From contig SHYD01000005.1 in the NCBI GenBank assembly GCA_009692945.1, positions 1-59,826 on the forward strand: a DNA stretch of 59,826 nt. Reading direction: 5' to 3'. The stretch is from Dehalococcoidia bacterium. GTDB taxonomy: Bacteria; Chloroflexota; Dehalococcoidia; SHYD01. Shown piece by piece: positions 51,783 to 59,826 of this stretch; the first letter of the stretch is position 1; the number at the start of each line of letters is the position of its first letter. The position numbers and the translations under genes were made by a program. A model generated the notes under the pieces. It ran no database searches, was not told the DNA's origin, and worked only from the letters and a program-made list of their open reading frames with translations.

Positions 51783-53523
51783 ATGTGCGGCGGTATTTCG
51801 ATGAGCATGCAGGAGCCGATGGCGCGCACTAACACCAGGCCCGCCGCCTCCCCTTCCGAGGAAGCGGTTTTTGCGACGCTGCAACTGGTCCAAGCCCTAT
51901 CGGGCATGGAACGGCCCTTCATTGCTCAGACCAATGAGGGAACCTTTGAGTTCACGGGGTTGTCCGCGGATGGGCAGGGACCCGAAGCTATCGCCCTCGG
52001 CCCCTCAACGGCAACCTACTGCGCACGGGTGGTGGCAACCGGGGCGCCCCTGGCGGTTGACAATGCCCATTTTGAGGACCCAACGCCGGGGTGAGGCGGC
52101 CGGACCGGACCGGAGATTCCGCAGCGTCATCGCCGTGCCCCTGATGTTGAGTTCCGGGGAAGTGTTCGGTGTGTTGGGCGCCCTCCATCCCCTGCCGCGC
52201 CGCGGCGGGTCCGAGGAGCTGGACCGCCTCGACCAGCTCGGGCGCCTGGTGGCCAACGAATTCGAACACACGGAACTGATCGTCCAGCTCCGGAGGGAGC
52301 ACGAGTTGGCCGAGCGCAGGCGTCGCATATCGGAGGGCTTGCAGGAGTCCATTGAGCTCCTCGACTCCGGCATATCGCTCTCGGAACTCCTGGGCACGGT
52401 GGCGGGCAATGCCACCGCCGCGTTGGGCGCCGGCGCCGTGGGCATCTATTTCTTGAGCGACGACGGCGGCTCCCTGCACCTTGCTGCCTCCGCAGGACTC
52501 GATGCGGCGTTGGCGGCACGTCTTGCCTGGCCGATTGGCCTGGGCCCGACCGGTGCTGCGCTGGCCCAGCACGACTGCTTTCTTGCGAGCTGCGATGAAA
52601 CGGTCGATGAACTGGCATCGCAACGGCAACCGGACGACGAACTGCTGCTGGCGGCTTCGGCGCTTGCGGCGCGCTTCGGGTTCGAGTTGGCCGTGCCCGT
52701 GCTCTACGGCGGAAGCGCCGTGGGGTCCATCTCGTTCTGGTACGAGACCTCGCCGGAACCGCTCAGGGATCACTTGGTGCTGGGCCGTTCGCTGGCCGAC
52801 CAGGTGGGCCTGGCCTTGGCGCACCATCGCCTGCAACAGCAGGCCGCCATGCTGGCAGGCCAGACGGAGCGGAACCGCTTGGCCCGCGATCTTCATGACG
52901 GCGCCACCCAAACGCTGTTCGCGGCGTCGCTGTTGGCGGATACCCTCCCCGCCATCCTGGCGCCCGACCCCGCCCAGGCAAGTGAAGCGGCCCAGGAGAT
53001 CGGGCGCCTGTGCCGCGGTTCCCTGATAGAAATGCGGTCGCTGCTGCTGGAACTGCGTTCAGAAAGCCTGGAAGGGATGTCGCTCGCAGAGATTCTCTCT
53101 CAGTTGTGCGCAGCTTTCGAAGCGCGCTCCATGATCCAAGCTACGCTCCAGGCTCAGGCGCCCCCGCCGGTGGCGGTGGCCGTGAAGCGGGCCGTGTTTC
53201 GGGTAGCCCAGGAAGCCCTGGGCAACATCGTTAAACACGCCCGCGCGACCGAGGCCACCGTCACGATGGCTCCCTATGGCGGCGGCGGCTTGGTGCTCAC
53301 CATCAGTGACAATGGCCGGGGCTTCGACCCACCCAGCATCCGGCCCGGTCACTGGGGCCTCAAACTCATGCAGGAGCGGGCCTCGGATATCGGCGCACGG
53401 TTAGAGGTCAGCAGCCGGCCCGGCGGCGGCGCCACGGTGCAATTGCAGTGGGATGGTCCCGAGGGTCCCGCTGCGACTGATCACCACAGAGACGGCGGCG
53501 CGGCCTTCCGGTTACCGGGGTGA
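51783..53523 (+). pseudogene. GAF-GAF-HisKA_3-HATPase sensor histidine kinase with frameshift inside the first GAF domain (or sequencing error)
   Basis: Frame 1 ends TGA 52092-52094 after ...TYCARVVATGAPLAVDNAHFEDPTPG; the GAF continues DRRFRSVIAVPLMLSSGEVFGVLGAL in the ORF-51871 frame; shift at CCGGGG run; ERNRLARDLHDGATQTL H-box. Confidence 0.65.
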
Positions 53524-54095
53524 CCGGAAGGCCGCGCCGCGTGCTGATTGTCGAAGACCAACTCATGGTCCGGCGCGCATTGAGACTGGCGTTCAGAGCC
53601 TTCGACGACATAGAAGTTGTCGGGGAGGCGGTGGACGGCCCCGAAGCGCTGGAGGCGTGCGGCCAGTTGCTCCCGGACCTGGTGCTGCTGGACCTCATCC
53701 TGCCCACCACCAATGGGGCGCAGGTGACGCACCTGTTGAAGCAGCGCCACCCCGAGGTCCACATCCTCGGCCTGACCAGCTTCGTGGACAGCCCTCTGGT
53801 GACCGAGATGCTGCGGGCGGGCGCGGCCGACTGCCTCCAAAAAACGGTGACGCCGTCTGAGATGGTGGCCGCAATCCGCCGCGGCGTCGGACGGCCCGCC
53901 CAAAGTCATCCACAGATTGAGGATGTATGTAAGATTGCTTCATGGATGAGTTCATTGCAGAGGGGCCGTTGGGTTGGGGAGTGGGAGTGCACGAGGGCTG
54001 CCGCCCTCTGCCGGGGGTGTGGGGGTGTCCCCCAAAGAGAATTCTTCCCTCTTTTTCTGGGGTTGGGGGTGGAGGTTCATGCCGCCGGCTCCTGA
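53520..54095 (+). CDS. Response regulator receiver protein lacking an output domain; ORF 3' part is read-through into repeats
   Basis: REC domain VLIVEDQ...LVLLDLILP...LTSF... ends ~53890; from 53906 the ORF translates family B and A repeats until TGA 54095; GTGA overlap with kinase stop. Confidence 0.7.
   Translation: MTGRPRRVLIVEDQLMVRRALRLAFRAFDDIEVVGEAVDGPEALEACGQLLPDLVLLDLILPTTNGAQVTHLLKQRHPEVHILGLTSFVDSPLVTEMLRAGAADCLQKTVTPSEMVAAIRRGVGRPAQSHPQIEDVCKIASWMSSLQRGRWVGEWECTRAAALCRGCGGVPQREFFPLFLGLGVEVHAAGS
53906..53940 (+). repeat. Family B element (degenerate 2nd/3rd subrepeats)
   Basis: GTCATCCACAGATTGAGGATGTATGTAAGATTGC. Confidence 0.65.
53960..54078 (+). repeat. Family A REP/MITE-like element
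   Basis: GGGAGTGCACGAGGGCtgccGCCCTCTGCCGGGGGTGTGGGGGTGTCCCCCAAAGAGAATTCTTCCCTCTTTTTCTGGGG. Confidence 0.8.
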
Positions 54096-54483
54096 CCACC
54101 CAATGAACATCTTCTTCGACGTCGACCTCACCATCATCAGCGAGGACGGCACACTGCGTCCCAGGGTGCCCGAGGTGTTCCGCCGCCTGGTGGAAGACGG
54201 CCACAAGGTCTACTTGTGGTCCGGCAATGGCATCCGGTGGCCGGTGGTGGACCGTTTTGGCCTGCGGGAGTGGGTGTCCGACTGCTTCTTCAAGCCGCTG
54301 TACGACCACCGGCAGGCGCTGGCCCGCCAGGGGTTTCCGGTCCATCCTGACTTCTGCGTGGACGACTACCCCGAGGTGGTCACCGAGTTCGGCGGGGTGC
54401 ACGTGCTGCCCTACGGTGAGCCGGACCCCGGGGACCAGGAGATGGTGCGGGTGTACGAGACGGTGCGGGCGTGGGCGGGGTGA
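54079..54483 (+). CDS. Small HAD-like hydrolase
   Basis: NIFFDVDLTIIS (DxDxT motif I) ... VYLWSGNG ... CVDDY; start ATG 54079 or 54103. Confidence 0.55.
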   Translation: MPPAPDHPMNIFFDVDLTIISEDGTLRPRVPEVFRRLVEDGHKVYLWSGNGIRWPVVDRFGLREWVSDCFFKPLYDHRQALARQGFPVHPDFCVDDYPEVVTEFGGVHVLPYGEPDPGDQEMVRVYETVRAWAG

Positions 54484-55661
54484 ACAACCTCCTGGAAGTC
54501 CTTGCGGCTTCCACCAAGCTCGGGCTGACCTCGTTCGGCGGTCCCGTCGCCCATATCGGGTACTTCCACCAGGAGTACGTGGTCCGCCGCAAGTGGCTAG
54601 ACGACCACACCTACTTCGACCTCGTCGCGCTCTGCCAATTCCTACCTGGGCCGGGCAGCAGCCAGATCGGGCTCGCGCTGGGGTTGCTGCGGGCGGGCCC
54701 GTTGGGAGCCCTGGCTGCATGGCTCGGGTTCACCCTGCCCTCGGCGGTGGCGCTGGTTGCCTTCGCCTACGGTGTCGAACGGCTTGCCCCCGAGCAGAGC
54801 GCCGGGTGGATTCACGGCCTCAAAATCGTGGCGGTCGCGGTGGTGGCGCAGGCCCTGTGGAGTATGGCCCGAACGCTCTGTCCCGACCGCGAGCGGATCT
54901 CTATAGCCCTGCTTGCGTGCATAGGGATTCTGGCGTGGCCGCTGCCGCTCATACAGGCGATGGTGATCGCTCTGGGCGGCGTCATCGGCTGGCGTTTCCT
55001 GCGGACGGCGGAGGAGCTGCAGCCGGTGCGGCTGCCGGTGCCCTACGGTCGCCGTCTGGGAGCCGCGCTCCTGGTGGTCTTCATCGCCTCGCTGATCGCG
55101 CTGCCCGTGGCGCGGCAGTTGTTCCCAAGCCATGCATTGTCGCTGTTCGACAGCTTCTATCGCTCCGGCTCACTCGTATTCGGCGGCGGGCACGTGGTGT
55201 TGTCGCTGCTCCAAGCCGAGGTCATACCGCCGGGCTGGGTGAGCAACGAGCAGTTCCTGGCGGGTTACGGCGCAGCCCAAGCGGTGCCGGGCCCGCTGTT
55301 CACCTTCTCCGCCTACCTGGGGGCCGTGATGGGGCCGGAACCGAACGGGTGGCAGGGGGCGGCCATTGCGCTGGTGGCCATCTTCCTGCCATCGTTCTTC
55401 TTGGTCTTTGGCATCCTGCCGTTCTGGGACGACCTGCGGGCGCGCTCGCAGGTCCGTTCCGCGCTGGGCGGCGTCAACGCCGCCGTGGTCGGGATTCTGC
55501 TGGCCGCTCTCTACACCCCGTTGTGGACCAGTGCCATCGTCCGGCCCCCGGACTTCGCGCTGGGCATCGCGGCATTCGGGCTCCTGATGTTCTGGCGGGT
55601 GCCGCCGCTGGTGGTGGTGCTGTTTTGTGCGGTGGGAGGGTATGGGTTGGGGTTTATGTGA
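54471..55661 (+). CDS. chrA: Chromate transporter ChrA
   Basis: LGLTSFGGPVAHIGYFHQEYVVRRKWLDD...FLPGPGSSQ and second CHR repeat ...GAAQAVPGPLFTFSAYLG. Confidence 0.9.
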   Translation: MGGVNNLLEVLAASTKLGLTSFGGPVAHIGYFHQEYVVRRKWLDDHTYFDLVALCQFLPGPGSSQIGLALGLLRAGPLGALAAWLGFTLPSAVALVAFAYGVERLAPEQSAGWIHGLKIVAVAVVAQALWSMARTLCPDRERISIALLACIGILAWPLPLIQAMVIALGGVIGWRFLRTAEELQPVRLPVPYGRRLGAALLVVFIASLIALPVARQLFPSHALSLFDSFYRSGSLVFGGGHVVLSLLQAEVIPPGWVSNEQFLAGYGAAQAVPGPLFTFSAYLGAVMGPEPNGWQGAAIALVAIFLPSFFLVFGILPFWDDLRARSQVRSALGGVNAAVVGILLAALYTPLWTSAIVRPPDFALGIAAFGLLMFWRVPPLVVVLFCAVGGYGLGFM

Positions 55662-55697
55662 GGGCGGTGCCCTCGTCTGCGGCAACGGGGCTAGCCT

Positions 55698-56123
55698 CTA
55701 CTCTTGGTGGCGATTCCCTCGGGAATGTCGCTCCAGGCGCGGGCACGTGATCCTGAATGGCTGGCACTGATAACCGAGGGGGTCATGGCCGCTACTCGTT
55801 CCCAGGTTGCACCATCCTCGAGAGCCCTCACCACCATCTGCTGCCAGTCTGCCAGTCTGCCAGTCTGCCGGATGTTGGGTTTTCCATCGCAGGACGACCA
55901 ACGTCAGTCCGTTTTTCGCGTGCTCGAAAGCGTAGGCTTGGGACGGGATTCCCGTATCCCTTGTCATCAATACCCGGTGCCCACGTTCCAGCAGCGCCGC
56001 CATCAGTTCGGCGTCGGGCCGTATCGGCAGGCCAATCTCTTCCCACGTCTTGATGTCGAAGCGGACGGCCTTGAGCGCCGTTGGTGACGGCGCGGGAACA
56101 TCGGCATCCGCGATGAGACTCAC
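55698..56123 (-). CDS. DUF5615-like (PIN-like) toxin partner of DUF433, C-terminus altered downstream of an 8-bp tandem repeat
   Basis: LIADADVP...IKTWEEIGL...DAELMAALLERGHRVLMTRDTGI...LTLVVLRW resembles DUF5615; tail after ...HPADWQTG has no family-like sequence. Confidence 0.5.
   Translation of the reverse strand: MSLIADADVPAPSPTALKAVRFDIKTWEEIGLPIRPDAELMAALLERGHRVLMTRDTGIPSQAYAFEHAKNGLTLVVLRWKTQHPADWQTGRLAADGGEGSRGWCNLGTSSGHDPLGYQCQPFRITCPRLERHSRGNRHQE
55838..55869. repeat. 8-bp tandem repeat (CTGCCAGT) x ~3.5 inside the toxin ORF
   Basis: CTG CTGCCAGT CTGCCAGT CTGCCAGT CTGCC; unit length not divisible by 3. Confidence 0.85.
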
Positions 56124-56764
56124 GCGGCGTCTTCCAAGAACCTCTCATACTGTTCTGCGTTCGCCACCTGGGCTTCCGTTAACGAGGGATAGGCCGCCAG
56201 TGGTTCTCCTCCGGAGCGGAGCACCGACATTACCGCTCTGGTGGGAATGCGCGTTCCTTTGATGGTCGGCAGGCCACCAAGCACCGCGGGATCCACGTCG
56301 ATGTAAGGGAACCTAGCAGGAGGAACCAATTCTTCCTTGAGTTCTTGAAGCAACTCTGGAAAAAAGACGATGTGGAGCCCTTTTTGAGGGCCACGGGATG
56401 CCGCAATCGGGTTCACTTCGGGGCGTTCATGCAGTATCGCCACCACCACGCCACCCTGGACAGCGATGGCGGACCGCATCCAGGCATCATCGGCGCCGGT
56501 GAGATACCGCAACGTTTCCAACGCGGTCCGAATTTCCCTCGCCTTCGCCCCCGCCTGTTTTAACCGCACGATCAACCGAATGAGCAGCAAGTCTTGGTAG
56601 CTGTAGGTGTTCTCGGTCGTCTTCGGAGATACACGAAACGGCGACGCCTTCAGCAGGTTGGCTTTAGCCCAGGCTTGGAAGCTCTGGTACCTGATCTTGG
56701 CAATGCGCGCGGCTACCCGCGGCGAATATGTGCCCCTTTGCAAGAGAGTCGTTTCAGGTTTCAT
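56120..56764 (-). CDS. MerR-like HTH + DUF433 antitoxin-like protein
   Basis: N-terminal YSPRVAARIAKIRYQSFQAWAK...YSYQDLLLIRLIVRLKQAG; C-terminal IDVDPAVLGGLPTIKGTRIPTRAVMSVLRSGGEP...AYPSLTEAQV (DUF433). Confidence 0.65.
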   Translation of the reverse strand: MKPETTLLQRGTYSPRVAARIAKIRYQSFQAWAKANLLKASPFRVSPKTTENTYSYQDLLLIRLIVRLKQAGAKAREIRTALETLRYLTGADDAWMRSAIAVQGGVVVAILHERPEVNPIAASRGPQKGLHIVFFPELLQELKEELVPPARFPYIDVDPAVLGGLPTIKGTRIPTRAVMSVLRSGGEPLAAYPSLTEAQVANAEQYERFLEDAA

Positions 56765-56805
56765 TGGCCCCTCCTGTGGCGAATCGGTCGCCCCCTGGCT
56801 TCGCC

Positions 56806-58395
56806 TCAGTTCACCCGGCGCGCAACCCCTGCCCAGAACTCCTCCCGCAACTCGAACTTCTTGAGCTTGCCAGTAGCGGTACGAGGAAGAGCGTCGACGA
56901 AGCGGACGCCGGTGGGCACCTTGAAGTGCGCCATGTTGTCCCGGCAGAAGTCGATAAATTCCTTCTCTGTCGCCGTTTTCCCCTCCCGCAGCACCACCAG
57001 CCCCATCACCGTTTCGCCCCATTTCTCCGAGGGCACGCCGATGACCGCCGCCTCCAGCACCGAGGGGTGCTTGTAGAGCACGTCCTCCACCTCGATGGAG
57101 GAGATGTTCTCGCCGCCCGAGATGATGACGTCCTTGGCGCGGTCCACGATGTTGATGTAGCCGTCCGAGTTCACCGTGGCCAGGTCGCCGGTGAAGAAGT
57201 AGCCGTTGCGTATCGCCTTGGCGGTCTCCTCCGGCTGCTGCCAGTAGCCTTCGAACACCACATTGGAGCGCGCCGCCACCTCCCCGATGGCGGTGTCGTC
57301 CCAGGGGACCTCCTCGTCGTTGGCGCCGAACACCCGGATATCGACGCCCACCGCGTCGTGCCCGGCGCGGGCCTTCAGGCGGTACACGTCGTTGCCCTGC
57401 ACGTTGAGGTGGGGTTTGACCTCGGCCACGGTGAGGATGGGCGAGGTCTCGGTCAGCCCGTAGATCTGCATGAACTCCCAGCCCAACTCCTTCTCCAGCC
57501 GCTCCACAAACCGCTGGGGCGGGGGAGCCCCGGCGATGGTGAAACGGGGTCGCGTGGTGATTTTATGTTTGTCCTTATCGGGATAGTCCAAGATCGCCGC
57601 CAGCACCGCCGGCGCCATGCAGGCGAAGGTCACCTTTTCGTTTTCGATGAGCCGGTACATGTCGGCGCCCACCACCCGGCGCAGCACCACATGCTTGGCC
57701 CCCATGGCCGTCAGGGCGAAGGGTCCGCCCCAGCCGTTGGCGTGGAACATGGGGAGCGTCCACATCTCCACATCGTGGTGGTTGATGCGGAGGTGGGCGA
57801 TGAAATTGTAGGCGTTGATGTAGCTGTTGCGGTGGGTGATCATCACCCCTTTCGGCCGGGCCGTGGTGCCCGAGGTGTAGTTGATGCTGTAGAGGTCGGA
57901 CTCCTTGAGGCCGGGATCGGGCGGCGGGGTGGTTGGCAGCCCCTGGATCAGCGCCTCCCAATCGAGCCAGCCGGGGGGGAGGCCGGCGTTGCCGAAGCGG
58001 GCTACGATGTAGTGCTGCACGGTGGGCAGCTTGGACCGCAGCGTATCCATCACCTCGGTCAGGTCGCTGTCCACCAGGAACACCTTGGCGCCCGAGTGGT
58101 TTCCGATGAACTCGAAGTCCGAGGCGATGAGCCGGTAGTTGATGGGGACCAGCACCGCGCCGATGGCGCCGGTGGCGTAGAACGCTTCCATGAAGTGGTG
58201 GCTGTTGGGACTGAGGATCGCGACCCGGTCGCCCTTGCCCACCCCGAGGTTCTTCAGCGCATGGGCAAACTTGTAGCAGCGGGCGCCGTACTGGGCGTAG
58301 GTGAAGCGTTTGTCGCCGTCCACCAGCGCCTCTTTGGGACCGTAGAGTTTGATGGCCCGCGCCAGGAAATCATTGACCAGCAGTGGTACTTCCAT
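56806..58395 (-). CDS. AMP-dependent acyl-CoA synthetase/ligase
   Basis: YTSGTTARPKGVMITH AMP-binding motif, GWGGPF, YFFTGDLA, PRTATGKLKKFELR. Confidence 0.9.
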   Translation of the reverse strand: MEVPLLVNDFLARAIKLYGPKEALVDGDKRFTYAQYGARCYKFAHALKNLGVGKGDRVAILSPNSHHFMEAFYATGAIGAVLVPINYRLIASDFEFIGNHSGAKVFLVDSDLTEVMDTLRSKLPTVQHYIVARFGNAGLPPGWLDWEALIQGLPTTPPPDPGLKESDLYSINYTSGTTARPKGVMITHRNSYINAYNFIAHLRINHHDVEMWTLPMFHANGWGGPFALTAMGAKHVVLRRVVGADMYRLIENEKVTFACMAPAVLAAILDYPDKDKHKITTRPRFTIAGAPPPQRFVERLEKELGWEFMQIYGLTETSPILTVAEVKPHLNVQGNDVYRLKARAGHDAVGVDIRVFGANDEEVPWDDTAIGEVAARSNVVFEGYWQQPEETAKAIRNGYFFTGDLATVNSDGYINIVDRAKDVIISGGENISSIEVEDVLYKHPSVLEAAVIGVPSEKWGETVMGLVVLREGKTATEKEFIDFCRDNMAHFKVPTGVRFVDALPRTATGKLKKFELREEFWAGVARRVN

Positions 58396-58714
58396 GGTGA
58401 TGCTCCTTCTTGGGTTCTCCGGCGTCGTGACCCACAGGACCGCGGTGCGATGAGTTTCGGTGGCAGTGTGCCAAAAACTGAGGCGCTGCACAAGCGGTCT
58501 TGCATCGTGCCACTGGAGCGAGGCTTCGCCGGCCGCCGGAACGAACGCCGGCGAGATTCCTCACGTCCGGGCGCTCGAAACCCGTCAGAGAATGCAACGG
58601 GGCGCTAGCATGAAACCCACGAAGTCACACGGTCGGCTTGGGCCCGCGGAACATCGCGAGCAGTCGCAGGGCTTAGCCGGCACAGTTCTTATCAGCTAGG
58701 GCAAGGAGATAGGC

Positions 58715-59350
58715 GTGGGAAGAATGCTAAGTATGGCGAATTTCGGGGCGGTGCTGGCTGTCATCCTGTTCCTGCAGACCGGCTTTCGTGAACCTTCTCA
58801 ACTCTTTGGCCAGCTGGCCGCCACAGCGAGTAACTCCATACCGTCGTTCAGCGTATCGTCGCCGCAGCCTGCAGGGGTCGTCGGTGCGCAGGCGCAGGAG
58901 CCGTCAGGCGCCGAGCACGTCGTTATCCTAGTCATGGATGGGGGCTCGCTAGGATCACACCTTCGGAGACCCGGAGCGACGCCACGTACCTGAGATGGCT
59001 GAAAACCTCGCCCCTCGGGGTCTGTTGATGACAAACTTCGCTAACCTTGGACATACGGTGACGGTAAGCGGGCATGCGACCATTGCGACTGGATGGGAAG
59101 AGCAAGTCTATGGCGAGGAACAGGGACATTTTTCCCATCAGACGCTGTTTGAGCGAGCGCTGCGGGAACTCGGTTTTCGAGCCGAGGACGCCTGGCTGGT
59201 GCTTGGTAAGAACAAGTTGGGGATGATGTTTGACCGTTCCATTGGCCAGCATGAGTATCGTCCCAGCATCTGGGCAAAAGACACGGATGACGCGGCGGTG
59301 GCGGGTCAAGTATGGAGCGTACTTTCTGAACACCGGCCGAGGCTGCTTCT
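58715..59350 (+). pseudogene. Alkaline-phosphatase-superfamily (type I phosphodiesterase-like) gene, frameshifted and 3'-truncated
   Basis: Signal-like N-terminus, HVVILVMDGGSL then frame change near GGATGGGGGCTCGC (~58937-58950) to DHTFGDPE...TVTVSGHATIATG...EHRPRLLL; homology stops ~59350. Confidence 0.45.
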
Positions 59351-59826
59351 GGCCGCATTGTGGGCTCAACGCCAGGTCCTCCAGGGGGACGTACCGGGCG
59401 GCCTCGTCGATGCGGCGGCGCAGCAGGCCGCCCGGCTCCAGCGCCGGGTCTTTGCTGCTGACCAGCCCCAGCACCACCGCCTTGCCGCGGGGAATGAAGC
59501 GTAGGGGCTCGAAGGTGCCGGCGCGTTCGGTGTCGTATTCCAGCAGGAAGCGGTCGACCTGCAGCCCGCCAAACAGCTGCTCGGCGATGGCGTCGTAGCC
59601 GCCCTGGGCGTACCACTTGCTCTGATTATTGCCGCGGCACACATGCAGTGCCAGGGCCACCTCCGGCCGCCGGGCACCCGCCAGCACCTCGTTGTCGGCG
59701 GCAATGGCGGCATCGAAGAAGCGGTCGGGGTCCTCGCCCATTCCCCGCAGGTGCTCCCGCCACTTGGGGTCAACAAAATAGCTGTAGCGTGGGGCGTCGA
59801 GTTGAATGTAGCCCACCCCTTCCGAG
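59351..59826 (-). pseudogene. Cobalamin-independent methionine synthase (MetE C-terminal domain/COG0620-like), N-terminus outside window, C-terminus truncated
   Basis: GYIQLDAPRYSYF...LHVCRGN...LLEYDTERAG...VVLGLVSSK...LALSPQCG then unrelated tail; homology ends ~59352. Confidence 0.55.

Noticed and set aside
7990-54078. Possibility that the interspersed repeats form a CRISPR array
   Set aside because: Copies are kilobases apart, in both orientations, separated by genes rather than short uniform spacers, and no cas genes are present.
1-59826. Search for transposase, integrase, reverse transcriptase, cas, or phage structural genes that could explain the repeats and truncations
   Set aside because: None of the ORF translations showed DDE, Y1/HUH, tyrosine/serine recombinase or RT motifs. 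Any mobilising enzyme would have to be encoded outside this window.

Overview
High-GC (roughly two-thirds G+C by eye) bacterial chromosomal window covering the replication-origin neighbourhood. It holds dnaA (23652-25028), a DnaA-box cluster plus AT-rich stretch (25100-25335), then obg and nadD. Other housekeeping genes are ruvC/ruvA, moaD/moaE, pcm, tag and accC/BCCP. These are interleaved with aromatic/steroid-type catabolic genes: two Rieske oxygenases, a thiolase-like/DUF35 pair, SDR, acyl-CoA dehydrogenase, acyl-CoA ligase, amidohydrolase-2, cupin, hydratase and an LLM-type oxidoreductase. Several toxin-antitoxin modules are present (HigB/Gp49-XRE, RHH-MazF, DUF433-DUF5615, an AbrB remnant, a HEPN remnant), plus a GspS-like/DUF4178/DUF350 envelope-type cluster and a 1167-aa secreted BNR/Asp-box protein. 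I recognised no rRNA, tRNA, CRISPR array, transposase, integrase or cas gene. Two things stand out beyond the ordinary CDS. (1) The intergenic repeat load is very heavy, with at least five families. Family A is a two-hairpin REP/MITE-like element with about 17 copies. Family B is a 33-bp unit of three 11-bp-phased CACAGAT motifs with a DnaA-box-like head, in 7 copies. Family C is GTAG-headed palindromic REPs, clustered at 36.7-38.4 kb. Families E and F are further hairpin modules. A pair of ~290-bp inverted repeats brackets the ring-hydroxylating dioxygenase operon. (2) Gene decay is unusually dense: frameshifts at homopolymers, an in-frame stop, in-frame internal deletions, and 5'- or 3'-truncated remnants including lysyl oxidase, a DNA methyltransferase and an ion channel. 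A response regulator has lost its output domain to a repeat insertion. All homology calls come from reading the translations against remembered family motifs. No database search was run, and coordinates of repeats are approximate to within about 5-10 bp.
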